A stretch of DNA of 64,000 nucleotides from Leptolyngbyaceae cyanobacterium (GTDB lineage: Bacteria; Cyanobacteriota; Cyanobacteriia; Phormidesmidales; Phormidesmidaceae), in contig JBHJHA010000053.1 of the NCBI GenBank assembly GCA_050331235.1, positions 5,529 through 69,528 of the forward strand. The letters are read 5' to 3'. The position numbers and the translations under genes were made by a program. The notes under the pieces are model-generated. The model did not search any database. It saw nothing but the letters and a program-made list of their open reading frames with translations, and was not told where the DNA came from. This document shows positions 40,138 to 51,653 of the stretch, piece after piece (position 1 is the stretch's first letter; each line of letters opens with the position of its first letter).

Positions 40138-43100
40138 ATGACGGCCACCGCACCCACCCTCTCCAGCCAATACGATCCCTCCATTACCGAAGAGAAATGG
40201 CAGAAAGTCTGGGAAGCCCGCCACGTCTTTAAAGCCGATCCGGAGCATTCTGGGGAGCCCTTTTGTGTGGTCATTCCGCCGCCTAACGTGACCGGCAGCT
40301 TACATATGGGCCACGCCTTTGAAAATGCGTTGATCGACACGCTGGTGCGCTACAGACGTATGCAGGGACGCAACGCCCTGTGGCTACCAGGGACGGACCA
40401 TGCCAGCATTGCCGTGCAGACAATTTTGGAGCGACAGGTTGAAGCTGAGGGCAAGACCCTAGACGAGCTGGGACGCGAAGAATTTCTAGAGCGGGCTTGG
40501 CAGTGGAAGGAGGAATCCGGCGGCACCATTGTGGGCCAACTGCGTAAACTTGGCGTTTCCGTTGACTGGAGCCGCGAGCGCTTCACCCTAGATGAAGGTC
40601 TATCCAAGGCTGTAATTACTGCCTTTACGCGGCTTTACGATGAGGGTCTGATATATCGCGGCAATTATATGGTGAACTGGTGCCCCGCTAGTCAATCAGC
40701 TGTGTCTGATCTAGAGGTGGAGCCAACGGAGGTCAATGGGCATCTTTGGCACTTCCGCTATCCCTTGACGGACGATTCGGGCTACTTAGAAGTCGCCACC
40801 ACCCGCCCGGAAACGACGCTCGGCGACACTGCCGTGGCGGTCAATCCCGAAGACGATCGCTACCGTGACCTCGTGGGCAAAACGCTGACCCTGCCAATTG
40901 TCGGTCGCGAGATTCCCATTATCGCCGATGCCTACGTTGACAAAGAATTTGGGACAGGCTGCGTCAAGGTGACGCCTGCCCATGATCCCAATGACTTTGC
41001 CATGGGTCAGCGCCACAATTTGCCCATGATTACCGTTATGAATAAAGACGGTACGATGAACTCGGAAGCGGGTCCTTTTGAAGGGCAGGATCGCTTTGCA
41101 GCTCGCACAGGGGTGGTCAAACAGCTAGAGGCTGAAGGTTTCCTCGTCAAAATTGAAGACTATCATCACACCGTACCCTACAGCGATCGCGGCAAGGTAC
41201 CAGTAGAGCCCCTGCTCTCCACCCAATGGTTTGTCAAGATTAAGCCCCTCGCTGACACGGCGCTAGATGCCCTTGACAACCACAACTCACCCAAGTTTGT
41301 TCCCGAGCGGTGGACTAAGGTCTATCGCGACTGGTTGGTCAACCTGCGCGACTGGTGTATCTCCCGCCAGCTCTGGTGGGGCCACCAAATTCCTGCCTGG
41401 TATGCCGTGAGCGAAACCGATGGGGAAATTCGCGACAATACGCCCTGTTTTGTTGCTGCGGATCTGGCAGCGGCTCGTGTGCAAGCTGTGGAAACCTACG
41501 GCGAAGACGTTGTTCTAGAACAAGATCCGGACGTGCTAGATACGTGGTTCTCCTCGGGACTATGGCCGTTTTCGACCATGGGGTGGCCAGATGAAACTGC
41601 CAAAGATTTTCAGACCTACTACCCCACCAGTACTTTGGTAACTGGGTTTGACATCATCTTTATTTGGGTGGCCCGCATGACTATGATGGCCGGTCACTTC
41701 ACTGACACCATGCCCTTTGAAACGGTGTATATCCATGGGCTCGTCCGGGATGAAAACAACCAAAAAATGTCGAAGTCTAAGGGCAACGGTATTGATCCAT
41801 TAGTGCTGATCAACAAGTACGGCACTGATGCCCTCCGCTACACCTTGATCCGGGAAGTCGCTGGGGCGGGGCAAGATATTCGCCTAGAATACGATCGCAA
41901 AACCGATGAGTCAGTTTCCGTCGAGGCCTCCCGTAACTTTACGAATAAGTTATGGAACGCTGCTCGGTTTGTGATGATGAATCTCGGTGGTCAATCGCCT
42001 GAGCAGTTAGGTCAGCCTAACCCCGCTGACTTAGAGCTAGCTGATCGCTGGATTTTGTCTCGCTACAACGGCGTTATACAGCGCGTCCACGAGCAAATGG
42101 CAAAGTACGGTTTTGGCGAGGCGGCGAAGGAATTATATGACTTTATCTGGGGCGACTTTTGCGATTGGTACATTGAGCTAGTCAAGCCCCGTTTACAGGG
42201 CGAAGGGGCTCCCAAGCGGGTCGCACAGCAAACCCTAGCACGGGTGCTCGACGGGATTTTGCGATCGCTACATCCCTTTATGCCCCACATTACCGAAGAG
42301 ATTTGGCACACCTTGAATCAAATGGGGGACGACGAATTTCTGGCGGTGCAGGCCTATCCCGCGGCTGACACTGCTGCCATTGATGTCAGTTTAGAAGCAG
42401 ATTTTGACCTTTTGATTGGCACCCTCCGTACGATTCGCAATTTGCGGGCGGAGGCCGGCATTAAGCCCAGTGCAAAAATTGAGACGATTTTGGAATCCGC
42501 GAATCCGGAAGAGCGCCGTATTTTGCAGGCGGGCCAGAGTTATATCAAAGCGATCGGACGCGTTGAACAGCTCATCATTCGCGCTGATAGCGCTGACGAA
42601 CCAGCCACACCGGTCTCCCAGCCAGCGCTACCTCCCCAGGCCTCCTCCACTGGTTCAACCGATGACTCCACCAGCAGCCTGGCCACCATCCAGGCGGAGG
42701 TGACAGACTTTTGGGTCACCATGCGCCCCTTGTTAGAAGAGCCCCTCTTTTATTTGCAAAGCTTCTTCAGCGATATTCGCCGTCCCGCTGTTTCACTTCT
42801 GTTCATTTTTGCGGCTCTGGTGACCTTACAAATTGTCGCAGCGGTCTTACAGACCCTTGATAGCATCCTACTGGTAGGAGCTCTGTTAAAACTGATCGGT
42901 GTTGGCTACACCGTCTGGTTTACAGCGCAAAACCTACTGTATGCTCACAAACGCCAGCAAACCTGGCAGCAGCTAGGGGCATGGCGGCGTGAGGTTTTAG
43001 GTGACGCCCAGGATTGGCTGAATCGCCCAGCGATCGCGCCCTCCGCTCAAACTTCGCTCAAACCAGTAGCCCAAGAGGTTGCTGATTTGGTCCAGTCAGT

Positions 43101-43407
43101 CCCACCGGTCCCCAGTCCGCAACTAGCCCTACCGCCCGCCCCTACTCCCAAAATGTTTGCCGGGGTCGTGGGCACCGTCCAGGTGTTGATTCCCTTAACG
43201 GGATTGGTTGATGTGGATGCGCTTAAGGCCAAAATCGAAAAAGATCTCGGCAAAGTAGATGGCGAAATCGCGTCTCTGTCAGGCCGCCTGAATAATCCTG
43301 GCTTTGTGAATAAAGCGCCTGAAGAGGTGGTGCAAGGCGCTCGTGAGGCCCTTGCCGAGGCTGAGACCCAAGCCGACATCCTCAAGTCTCGACTGTTGAT
43401 GCTGTAG
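40138..43407 (+). CDS. valS: Valyl-tRNA synthetase carrying an internal two-TM (CAAD-type) insertion
   Basis: 1089 aa. [13 protein letters not shown] (HIGH), KMSKSKGN (KMSKS), CP1 editing domain, C-terminal coiled coil. A ~190-aa insert with two hydrophobic helices lies before the coiled coil. Confidence 0.95.
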   Translation: MTATAPTLSSQYDPSITEEKWQKVWEARHVFKADPEHSGEPFCVVIPPPNVTGSLHMGHAFENALIDTLVRYRRMQGRNALWLPGTDHASIAVQTILERQVEAEGKTLDELGREEFLERAWQWKEESGGTIVGQLRKLGVSVDWSRERFTLDEGLSKAVITAFTRLYDEGLIYRGNYMVNWCPASQSAVSDLEVEPTEVNGHLWHFRYPLTDDSGYLEVATTRPETTLGDTAVAVNPEDDRYRDLVGKTLTLPIVGREIPIIADAYVDKEFGTGCVKVTPAHDPNDFAMGQRHNLPMITVMNKDGTMNSEAGPFEGQDRFAARTGVVKQLEAEGFLVKIEDYHHTVPYSDRGKVPVEPLLSTQWFVKIKPLADTALDALDNHNSPKFVPERWTKVYRDWLVNLRDWCISRQLWWGHQIPAWYAVSETDGEIRDNTPCFVAADLAAARVQAVETYGEDVVLEQDPDVLDTWFSSGLWPFSTMGWPDETAKDFQTYYPTSTLVTGFDIIFIWVARMTMMAGHFTDTMPFETVYIHGLVRDENNQKMSKSKGNGIDPLVLINKYGTDALRYTLIREVAGAGQDIRLEYDRKTDESVSVEASRNFTNKLWNAARFVMMNLGGQSPEQLGQPNPADLELADRWILSRYNGVIQRVHEQMAKYGFGEAAKELYDFIWGDFCDWYIELVKPRLQGEGAPKRVAQQTLARVLDGILRSLHPFMPHITEEIWHTLNQMGDDEFLAVQAYPAADTAAIDVSLEADFDLLIGTLRTIRNLRAEAGIKPSAKIETILESANPEERRILQAGQSYIKAIGRVEQLIIRADSADEPATPVSQPALPPQASSTGSTDDSTSSLATIQAEVTDFWVTMRPLLEEPLFYLQSFFSDIRRPAVSLLFIFAALVTLQIVAAVLQTLDSILLVGALLKLIGVGYTVWFTAQNLLYAHKRQQTWQQLGAWRREVLGDAQDWLNRPAIAPSAQTSLKPVAQEVADLVQSVPPVPSPQLALPPAPTPKMFAGVVGTVQVLIPLTGLVDVDALKAKIEKDLGKVDGEIASLSGRLNNPGFVNKAPEEVVQGAREALAEAETQADILKSRLLML

Positions 43408-44176
43408 GTCTTGGCCGCCTTTGTACAGAGTGCAGATAGCAGGCCCTGTATCGCGCTCTGTATGAACGTGAGCTCTGGTTGAGATACTGGCAAAGACATT
43501 GCTGGACATCTATTGCACGGCTTTTCAGGCAAGCCTCTTGTGCCAATTTAGGAGAGCTCAATCTCGTGCCCCCAAAGACTTGGTGCCCTGCAGATGAACG
43601 GGGCGCGATGGTTCACTCGGACCCACTTTACACTCTGCTATGACTACACACTGACTCTTTCACAGCGCTTTGGACTGGCTACAGCTAACCTAATCCTCAA
43701 CCGGGGGCAGCTTGGCGATTATCGAGTGTAAAACACCACCGACGGCAACTACACTGACCGTCGATTTACGATCAGCGAAATCACTTAATCAGTCGTTGCA
43801 GGTGATGGCACCGATACTTAGGAGCGATCGCCCCTTCCAAAAAATCTAAAAGATTAATTAGTCAAAGAGGCGTTTACAGACACCTGTGCTGGCGCTCTCT
43901 ACCCTGTCTGCAAACCTTGACTTTTAGAGTATGTAGCACCATCAGGAGCCTCTCACAATATCGCTTCAATGTGCTTAGCCGCAAACTGATATGTGATTTA
44001 TTTATTATTTGCTTGTGATCTGAGTTCTACGTAAATTTTCTATCAAGAAACTCAAATACGGATATACGTCAACTTGAAATATGCATATGGTCGTATAAAC
44101 AAGCACGCCGTATCTGCCGGCATGGGTGTGCCTCCCTGTAAATCTACTTATTGATAAACCCAATAGAGGATTTAAG

Positions 44177-44977
44177 ATGCGTTCCCTTTTCGTTCTGTTC
44201 AATGCACTGTTGCTCGCACCCGCTGGAGCTGTAAATTTGGCGGTTGAGGTCCAGGCAGGACAGTTTAGCGGTGGCACTAAGTCAAACTTAGATAGCTCAC
44301 TTTTTCAGCCAATAATGATTGATTTTGATGATATTGCCGAAGGCACTCTGTTGACGGGGTATGAGTGGGCCGACAAAGGCGTCGAGATAAGCCTAGATTC
44401 AAACCGAGAGTTGCGGGATGGGTCCGGAGATCTGCCGCTGACCTTGTACAACAGCAGCTGTCGTCCCCGGGGGTCGAAAGATAAGTCCCTGCCTAAGTGT
44501 AAGGGCGGCGACCACGACTTGGCGACAGGCGAATATTTTGGCACCGAGGCCCAAGGCAACGTCTTAATTATTCAAGAAGATAACAGCCACAAAAAAAAGA
44601 ATAAAGGCACTTTAGGTGCACCGGATGATGACCGAAAGGGTGGACTCATTACCTTTAACTTTATGCATGCGGTCACGGACGTCAGTCTTGGATTCCTCGA
44701 CTTTGATGAGCGCACTAAGGGCTACCTACGTTTCTTTGCTGGGGCTGATGACACTGAGGCCGCACTTAAATTTGACCTCAGCGACGTCTCAGCGCTGGTC
44801 AATCCCGATATTGATGGTGACAACTCGATGCGCATCTTTCAGGGATTGAATATGAGCTTCCAAAAAATTGAAGTTGAATATCCAGGTAGTGGTGCTATCA
44901 CCCATCTCGAGTTCACTAAGGTAGCTCCTGGGGGAAGTGAATACTGGTCGGCAACTCCAGAAGCGTATTTATGGTAA
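44177..44977 (+). CDS. Orphan secreted protein of unknown function
   Basis: From ATG 44177 with AGAGGA RBS (44165-44170): MRSLFVLFNALLLAPAGA signal peptide. Mature part has DFDDIAEGT, CRPRG...KCKGGDHDLATG, GNVLIIQEDNSHKKKNKG, GGLITFNF...LGFLDFDE. No named family recognised. Confidence 0.6.
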   Translation: MRSLFVLFNALLLAPAGAVNLAVEVQAGQFSGGTKSNLDSSLFQPIMIDFDDIAEGTLLTGYEWADKGVEISLDSNRELRDGSGDLPLTLYNSSCRPRGSKDKSLPKCKGGDHDLATGEYFGTEAQGNVLIIQEDNSHKKKNKGTLGAPDDDRKGGLITFNFMHAVTDVSLGFLDFDERTKGYLRFFAGADDTEAALKFDLSDVSALVNPDIDGDNSMRIFQGLNMSFQKIEVEYPGSGAITHLEFTKVAPGGSEYWSATPEAYLW

Positions 44978-45385
44978 GCCGCATCAACTGATTTCTCGCA
45001 ATCAACAGGCCGGTAAAACTAGAGTTAGGCAACCGCTGATTCAACACTTGAGTTCATTGATGGCGACTCAGTGAAGTATCTGTGTTGGCCTTTGACTCAG
45101 GTAGCGTATCTCAATTGAGCCGGATGAAAACACTGAAACTCACAGTATTTGACTGTTGAGGCTTAGCTGTCTTTCATGCTCTCAGTTTGGGATTACAAAG
45201 GACATTCCGGCCTGAAATCTACTTTGTGATGCTGTGTTGGTAGTCGAGGGACATTGCAACTTAAGGGGCTCGAGGTCTAAGGCCCAACAGCTTTCAGGCA
45301 CAGATGCCGCCAAGAGATGTTGCTATTTTCGTGCCCAAATAACCTGGGCAGAATGAACGGGGCTTGGCTGGTTGCTCACTGACGG

Positions 45386-46861
45386 CTACGACAGAACCCA
45401 CTGGACTAAGGTGCGAACACCAAATCCTGTCGCTCCAGGACTGTTGTAAGCATTTTCTCGCTCGTTCCACACAGGGCCAGCAATGTCTAGGTGCGCCCAA
45501 GCCGTATCTTTCACAAATTGCTTGAGGAACAGGGCAGCAGTAATAGCGCCCCCCGGACGGGGCCCGGTGTTCTTCATATCAGCGGCTAAGGATTTCAGTC
45601 CGTCAAAATATTTCTCTTCCAGCGGCATCCGCCAGAGCTTTTCACCAGCGATCGCCGATGCTGTTTCCAGATCTTTAGCGAGGGTATCATCGGGACTCCA
45701 CAAACCAGCAATCGAGTCGCCTAGGGCAATGATGCTGGCACCGGTTAGGGTGGCGAGGTCAACCATGGCATCGAGGCTTAGCTTTTCGGCAAAGACTAGG
45801 GCATCGGCTAGGGTCAGTCGACCTTCAGCATCGGTGTTGTTGACTTCAATCGTCTTACCGTTGGACGCCGTGAGAATATCACCCGGGTGCAATGCATTAC
45901 CGCTGATCATATTTTCGGCCGCTGCACTGATAAAGTGCACCTCCACATCGGGCTTAATCTGAGCGATCGCTTTTGCCGCTCCGAGGGTTGCCGCCGCGCC
46001 TCCCATATCAAACTTCATCATTTCAATCATGCTGCCAGCGCCGGCCTTAATGTTGAGTCCGCCGGAGTCAAAGGTCAGGCCTTTCCCGATAATGGCCAGC
46101 TTGCGCCGTGGGGTGCTAAGGGGCTTATAGGTAAGGTGAATAAACTGAGGCGGCAAGTCAGAAGCTTGGGCCACTCCCAAAAAAGCCCCCATGCCGAGTG
46201 CTTCGCAGGCGTCACGGTCGAGAATTTCTACCTCTAGACCGTGGTCCTGGGCGATAGTCTCGGCGGTCTCGGCCAGCATCGCTGGAGTGGCGACGTTGGG
46301 TGGGGCGGTCACCAGTTCACGGGCTAAGACAACCCCATCGACAATTTTTTGAGCTTTCGCGATCGCTGGCGCTTCATCGGGGTAGCCAATGAGCTCAATC
46401 CGCTCGATGGCAAAGCTTTTATCTTCAGACTCAGACTTAAATCGGGTGTCTTCATGTAGGGCCATTAGGGCCCCTTCACAAATTGCCTGGGCCGAAAGAG
46501 GGGGCGACTCCCTCCAAACTGGCAAACTAATGCCGACCACTTTGCACTTTTCCTTTTTGGCTAACCGAGCGGCAGCGGCGCTCGCTCGCCTTAAGGTTTC
46601 CAGCGAGAGCTGGTCAGCGTCTCCCAGACCCAGCAGCGCAATTTTGTGGACGGGGCCAGCACTACCTACCCGAATTGCCACATGGCTGTCGGCGCTCGCC
46701 TTAAACTCAGACTCATCGATCAACTCTTGAATTAAGCCTGACAGCTTTTCATTGAGGCTCATTAACTCCCCTGCCAGGGGCAAGTCGGCTTCAGTCAGGC
46801 CGATCGCTAAGCAGTCGCCCGACCAGTCGAGCACAGGATAAGTTGATAGATGAAGATCCAT
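45386..46861 (-). CDS. pepA: Leucyl aminopeptidase (M17)
   Basis: [37 protein letters not shown] signature. Confidence 0.95.
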   Translation of the reverse strand: MDLHLSTYPVLDWSGDCLAIGLTEADLPLAGELMSLNEKLSGLIQELIDESEFKASADSHVAIRVGSAGPVHKIALLGLGDADQLSLETLRRASAAAARLAKKEKCKVVGISLPVWRESPPLSAQAICEGALMALHEDTRFKSESEDKSFAIERIELIGYPDEAPAIAKAQKIVDGVVLARELVTAPPNVATPAMLAETAETIAQDHGLEVEILDRDACEALGMGAFLGVAQASDLPPQFIHLTYKPLSTPRRKLAIIGKGLTFDSGGLNIKAGAGSMIEMMKFDMGGAAATLGAAKAIAQIKPDVEVHFISAAAENMISGNALHPGDILTASNGKTIEVNNTDAEGRLTLADALVFAEKLSLDAMVDLATLTGASIIALGDSIAGLWSPDDTLAKDLETASAIAGEKLWRMPLEEKYFDGLKSLAADMKNTGPRPGGAITAALFLKQFVKDTAWAHLDIAGPVWNERENAYNSPGATGFGVRTLVQWVLS

Positions 46862-47170
46862 AGGTGCGCAAGCAGCCCTTCAGTGTAAATTTTCCCTCTT
46901 TATTTGATCACAGCTTGCGAGCTTCTGCAATCAACCAAGAGCTAGAACCTGCGATCGCTCCCAGAAGTGCCTCATTAATGTCAGAGCCAGGGGCCCCTGT
47001 TTGCTGGCTGTGGTCCGAAATTCGCTGCGAATGATGAATGACGCTTGGCCTAACTGGAGAGCAACTTTCACCCTCATTGAAAAATAAACGCCTCATTTCA
47101 ATGAGTTTTTGCTAGAACAGCAAGAGAAAATCCATCAGCCTCATACTCGTTACCGAGGTAGGAGACAGCG

Positions 47171-49366
47171 ATGCGGCAGCGATTTGAAAATTGGATGCCT
47201 TGGTTAGGTATTTCTGGCGTCACCGCCTTAGGATTGGGCGCTACGTTAGCCTTTGCTGATGCAGCCGGTTGGTTACCGGGTGAGCCGCGGCGCTCCGACA
47301 GGGCAGCCCAAATCGAGCCCGCCCAGCCATCTGAGGCCAGTGCGCCGGTGATGGCTTTGGCTCTGCAATCCCCTGAAATGCGCGCCGAATCGCTGTCCAA
47401 AATGGCGACCCAGCCGGTATCTGATCAGCAGGTGCGAGCTCGCTATCTCTTGGCTAAAGATTTAATTGACCAGGGCCAAGCAGGATCGGCTGTCCCACTT
47501 TTAGAAACCCTACCCAAGGATTTTCCTGAACTGGCCATCCACAGCCGGATTCAACTAGGTCGAGCACAAACGGCAAGTGGTCAGACGGCGGCGGCTCAAA
47601 AGACCTGGCAGGCGGTGTTGCAGCAGCACGGCGATCATCCAGCAACTGCAGAGGTGCTTTATACCCTAGGGAAAAACCAGCCCCAATATTGGGCGCAGCT
47701 ACTGCAGCGCTTTCCTGCCCATCCCCGCAGCGTAGAAGTGGCTCACCGTCAACTGGTAGAAGCCTCGCCACCCAAAAATGAAAAAGCGCTGCTGCTTGTG
47801 ATGACTCGCCACGGGATTTATCATCCTGACGTGTTGACCTTTGTTGATCGCCTGGTGGAAAAACACGGTGATGGTCTCACCGCTGAAGAATGGCGAGATG
47901 CCGGCTTTGCGTACTGGGAGCGACAAGCCTACAAGTCGGCTAGTCAGGCCTATTGGAAAGCGCCGGCTAGTCCCCAGGGGCTCTACCGGGCCGCGAGGGG
48001 CGCACAGATTGGAGGGCAGCGAGAAGCGGCGATCGCCGGCTATAACAAGCTGAACGAAACCTTTCCCGACGCCCCCGAAACGGGCTTGGGACTGATTAAG
48101 TTGTCATACCTGGTTGATGAGGAAGCTGCCCTGGGTTTGCTGGATCAGGTCGTAGAACGGTTTCCTGGGCGAGCTGCCGAAGCCCTTCAGGAACAAGCCA
48201 AAATTATGGAAGCGCTGGATAGCCCGGAAACGGCGGCGCAACTGCGGCAAACGATATTGAATGACTACAGTACCTCAGCCGAAGCCGCAACATTGCGATC
48301 GCAATATGCCCGCAATGCCGGTCAGGATGGCAACTGGTCAGGTGCCATCAATTGGGCCGAGCAAATTTTACAGGACAATGCCGATGCCGATGTTGCCCCG
48401 GAAATTGGCTTTTGGGCGGGCAAATGGGCACTGCGGGCAGGGCAAACCCAAGCCGCCACCGACTGGTTTAAGCAGGTCATTCGCGACTACCCAGACTCCT
48501 ATTTTGCCTGGCGCTCAGCGTCGGCCCTCGGTTGGAATGTAGGCGATTTTCAAACGGTGCGATCGCTCCAGCCCCAAATTACCCTCCCGAGTCAGCGACA
48601 GCCGCTGCCGGCCGGCTCATGCAAGCTGCAAGAGCTGTATCTGCTTGGTCAAGACCGTGATGCCTGGGCGCTTTGGCAAGTCGAATTTGAAAACATTCAA
48701 GACCCCTCAGTGGCAGAACAATTTACGGATGGCGTTTTACGGGTGGGCGTTGGCGACACCTTGGACGGCATTTTCATGGTGTCGAGTTTAGACTGGCGCG
48801 ACGACCCAGACGAACAAGCCGCCCATGAACAACTGCAGCAACATTCAGCCTATTGGCAAACGCTCTATCCCTTCCCCTACAGCGATTTAATTGCCTATTG
48901 GTCAGCTGAGCGGCAGCTCAATCCCCTGTTGGTCACGGCGCTCATGCGTCAAGAGTCACGCTTTGAGCCCAATATTCGTTCGGTGGTGGGGGCCACTGGC
49001 CTGATGCAGGTCATGCCTGACACCGCCGACTGGATTCGTTCAAAGTCGGGTGTCGCCGCCGATAATCTAGAAAATCCCAACGACAACATTAATCTCGGTA
49101 CCTGGTATCTCGACTATACCCATGCTGAATATGGCAACCATTCTCTTTATGCGGTGGCAAGTTACAACGCTGGTCCGGGGAATGTCGCTGATTGGATTGA
49201 CCGTGGCGGCTATGCTGATGAAGATGACTTTGCCGAAAAAATACCGTTTGCTGAAACGAAAGGCTACATCCGTGCTGTCTTTGGGGGCTATTGGAACTAT
49301 CTGCGTCTTTACAATCCAGAAATTGCTCAACAGGTTACGGCCTTACAGCGCTCTCGCACTCAATGA
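47171..49366 (+). CDS. Soluble lytic murein transglycosylase (Slt70-like, TPR-rich N-domain)
   Basis: Signal peptide, long helical-repeat region, C-terminal SLT domain (MRQESRFEPNIRSVVGATGLMQVMPDTA...YNAGPGNV). Confidence 0.85.
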   Translation: MRQRFENWMPWLGISGVTALGLGATLAFADAAGWLPGEPRRSDRAAQIEPAQPSEASAPVMALALQSPEMRAESLSKMATQPVSDQQVRARYLLAKDLIDQGQAGSAVPLLETLPKDFPELAIHSRIQLGRAQTASGQTAAAQKTWQAVLQQHGDHPATAEVLYTLGKNQPQYWAQLLQRFPAHPRSVEVAHRQLVEASPPKNEKALLLVMTRHGIYHPDVLTFVDRLVEKHGDGLTAEEWRDAGFAYWERQAYKSASQAYWKAPASPQGLYRAARGAQIGGQREAAIAGYNKLNETFPDAPETGLGLIKLSYLVDEEAALGLLDQVVERFPGRAAEALQEQAKIMEALDSPETAAQLRQTILNDYSTSAEAATLRSQYARNAGQDGNWSGAINWAEQILQDNADADVAPEIGFWAGKWALRAGQTQAATDWFKQVIRDYPDSYFAWRSASALGWNVGDFQTVRSLQPQITLPSQRQPLPAGSCKLQELYLLGQDRDAWALWQVEFENIQDPSVAEQFTDGVLRVGVGDTLDGIFMVSSLDWRDDPDEQAAHEQLQQHSAYWQTLYPFPYSDLIAYWSAERQLNPLLVTALMRQESRFEPNIRSVVGATGLMQVMPDTADWIRSKSGVAADNLENPNDNINLGTWYLDYTHAEYGNHSLYAVASYNAGPGNVADWIDRGGYADEDDFAEKIPFAETKGYIRAVFGGYWNYLRLYNPEIAQQVTALQRSRTQ

Positions 49367-49454
49367 CGTAACATTTGCTTTTACAATTAGCTGTTGATGA
49401 GGGTCTTTGCAGACTCTACCCATCACTGTTTCCCTGAGTAAGGCAAGGTGCAAA

Positions 49455-50369
49455 GTGAATCCAGCCCAGCAGGAACAACTCACAAATGTGGGTGCTTATC
49501 TCCGAGATTTGCGCAAAGAAAGGGGCCTAGCGGTCGATGAGGTGGCTAACCAAATCTTTATCCGACCAGCGTTAGTGAAGGCGATCGAAACTGGTGATTG
49601 GGAGTCACTGCCCGAACCCGTTTTCGTCCAGGGATTTATTCGTCGCTATGCCGAGTATCTTGGCCTCAACGGCAAAGAAGTGGCCCAAAAGTTTGAACCA
49701 ACGCCGGTCGCTGTGCTACCCGATCCAGAGCTAGCGAGCAGCAGTATGGTTGAAGGTGTCGTTAAGCAGCAAGACAAACATGGCCTTAAAGTCATCTCCA
49801 AGGCCGAATCATCAGGATCTAATGGCACCCTGAGCTCGCCTACCTCGGCCCAGCCCAAATGGAACTGGGCTTTAGGACTGGCGGGGCTTGCGATTTTGGT
49901 CGGTCTCATTGCCTGGTTGACCACTCGTAATACCCCACAGCCAGCCAGCACGGATGACAATCAAACAACTGAAAGTGCTGCTGACGGGGCCGCAACTGCT
50001 GAACCATCTGACCAGGCAGTGACGGAAGGTCCTCCTGATGCGGATACGGCGGCACCCGCATCAGAGACCACTGCGGATAGTGTGTCTACGGCCGATGCTG
50101 AGGCTCCTGTGACCTTTGCTGTCAACTTAGAATCAGATGCCTGGATGCGCGTTACCGCTGATGGGGAGGTCGTGTATGAAGGCACCATGAGTGCTGGGAG
50201 TCAAGAAACCTGGACCGCCGATGACGAGCTATCCATTACGGCCGGTAACTCCGGTGGAGTTTTGTTTTCTTTCAACGGTGGAGAGGAGCGCCCTTTGGGT
50301 AATCCGGGAGCTGTGAGTACGCTGACGCTGACGCCTGATACGGATCCGGCTTCTCTGCCATCCCCATAA
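49455..50369 (+). CDS. RodZ-like HTH protein with C-terminal DUF4115 domain
   Basis: GAYLRDLRKERGLAVDEVANQIFIRPALVKAIE (XRE-type HTH), TM segment, Thr/Ala/Asp-rich linker, DUF4115-like end (AWMRVTADGEVVYEGTMSAGSQETW). Probable GTG start at 49455 with AAGG upstream; the track start at 49407 is TTG. Confidence 0.7.
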   Translation: MNPAQQEQLTNVGAYLRDLRKERGLAVDEVANQIFIRPALVKAIETGDWESLPEPVFVQGFIRRYAEYLGLNGKEVAQKFEPTPVAVLPDPELASSSMVEGVVKQQDKHGLKVISKAESSGSNGTLSSPTSAQPKWNWALGLAGLAILVGLIAWLTTRNTPQPASTDDNQTTESAADGAATAEPSDQAVTEGPPDADTAAPASETTADSVSTADAEAPVTFAVNLESDAWMRVTADGEVVYEGTMSAGSQETWTADDELSITAGNSGGVLFSFNGGEERPLGNPGAVSTLTLTPDTDPASLPSP

Positions 50370-50435
50370 CCGGCGATGCCTCTTACAATTGAGGAGATTT
50401 AGTCAATATCAATATAAAGCCGCTTTTATCCAGTT

Positions 50436-51215
50436 ATGACCTCTTCCCCCGACACCGAAACGTTGGTATCAGCCTCTGAGGAGCGCGATCGCGCTGACTT
50501 TTTGGATGAGATACCAGGTGATGTTGAGATGTCGATTTTCGATCATCTTGAAGAGCTCCGCCTGCGGATTTTTTATTCCCTCATTGCGGTCCTAGCGGGA
50601 GTCATTGGCTGCTTCGCATTTGTTGAACGCATTGTCAAACTTTTGGAGGTGCCGGCCCAGGGAGCTAAATTTTTGCAGCTCTCACCCGGTGAGTATTTCT
50701 TTGTCTCGCTCAAAGTGGCCGGCTACTCAGGCATTTTGATTGCCAGTCCCTTTATTCTCTACCAGGTGATCATGTTTGTTTTGCCTGGGCTGACTCGCCG
50801 CGAGCGCCGCGTGATTGGTCCGGTTGTTTTGGGATCCAGCGTGCTCTTTTTCGTAGGGCTCTTTTTTGCTTACTTTGCGCTGATTCCGGCGGCACTCAAT
50901 TTTTTCATCAGCTATGGCGAAAATGTCGTTGAGCAGCTCTGGTCAATTGATCGCTACTTTGAGTTTGTCCTGCTACTGCTGTTCAGTACGGGGCTGGCGT
51001 TTCAAGTGCCCGTTGTTCAGTTTCTGCTAGCCCTATTGGGCATTGTTGACTCGGATAAAATGCTGAAAGGCTGGCGTTTCATTCTTTTGGCAGCGGCGAT
51101 CTTGGGGGCGGTTTTGACTCCGTCTACCGATCCGGTTACCCAGAGCCTATTGGCTGGAGCCGTCTTATCTTTGTATTTTGGAGGGATTGGCTTAGTCCGA
51201 TTATCGGGACGCTAA
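50436..51215 (+). CDS. tatC: Twin-arginine translocase subunit TatC
   Basis: [21 protein letters not shown]..., six TM segments, [10 protein letters not shown] motif. Confidence 0.9.
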   Translation: MTSSPDTETLVSASEERDRADFLDEIPGDVEMSIFDHLEELRLRIFYSLIAVLAGVIGCFAFVERIVKLLEVPAQGAKFLQLSPGEYFFVSLKVAGYSGILIASPFILYQVIMFVLPGLTRRERRVIGPVVLGSSVLFFVGLFFAYFALIPAALNFFISYGENVVEQLWSIDRYFEFVLLLLFSTGLAFQVPVVQFLLALLGIVDSDKMLKGWRFILLAAAILGAVLTPSTDPVTQSLLAGAVLSLYFGGIGLVRLSGR

Positions 51216-51398
51216 GTCACTCACCACGGTATAGTGTCTGCAATTAGGCGCATCTACTCATCAAACTGGGTTGATTGCTGACTAATCCCGAGAGACTGGT
51301 ATGCCAGAATGCCCGTAGCGATCGCGGCATCCCTGGGTACAATTTGTCTGTCATATCTTTCCAAATTGGAAACACTGCTTGAGAAGACGGGAGAAACC

Positions 51399-51653
51399 AT
51401 GCCAAGAACACCCAGCGAATATATTGTGCACATGCTGTTTGATGGCGGTCACCATCAAGAGGTCAAGTTCTCCACGATCCAGGATTTTCAGAAGTGGTAC
51501 AGTTCAGAGCTGATGCCCAAGCAGTCAGACGATGCGTTCATCAACGTTCCCATTCCCAAAATCAATCCGGGTGAATATATGGTGATTCGGCCTTCACGGC
51601 TCTTGGCCATTCGCGTCGAGCCTGTGTTTAGCTCCAGTGTCGAACGGTTTTAA
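51399..51653 (+). CDS. Small hypothetical protein (84 aa) translationally coupled to mltA
   Basis: ATG 51399 preceded by GGGAGA. The stop TAA (51651-51653) overlaps the mltA ATG (51653-51655) as TAATG. No motif recognised. Confidence 0.5.
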   Translation: MPRTPSEYIVHMLFDGGHHQEVKFSTIQDFQKWYSSELMPKQSDDAFINVPIPKINPGEYMVIRPSRLLAIRVEPVFSSSVERF

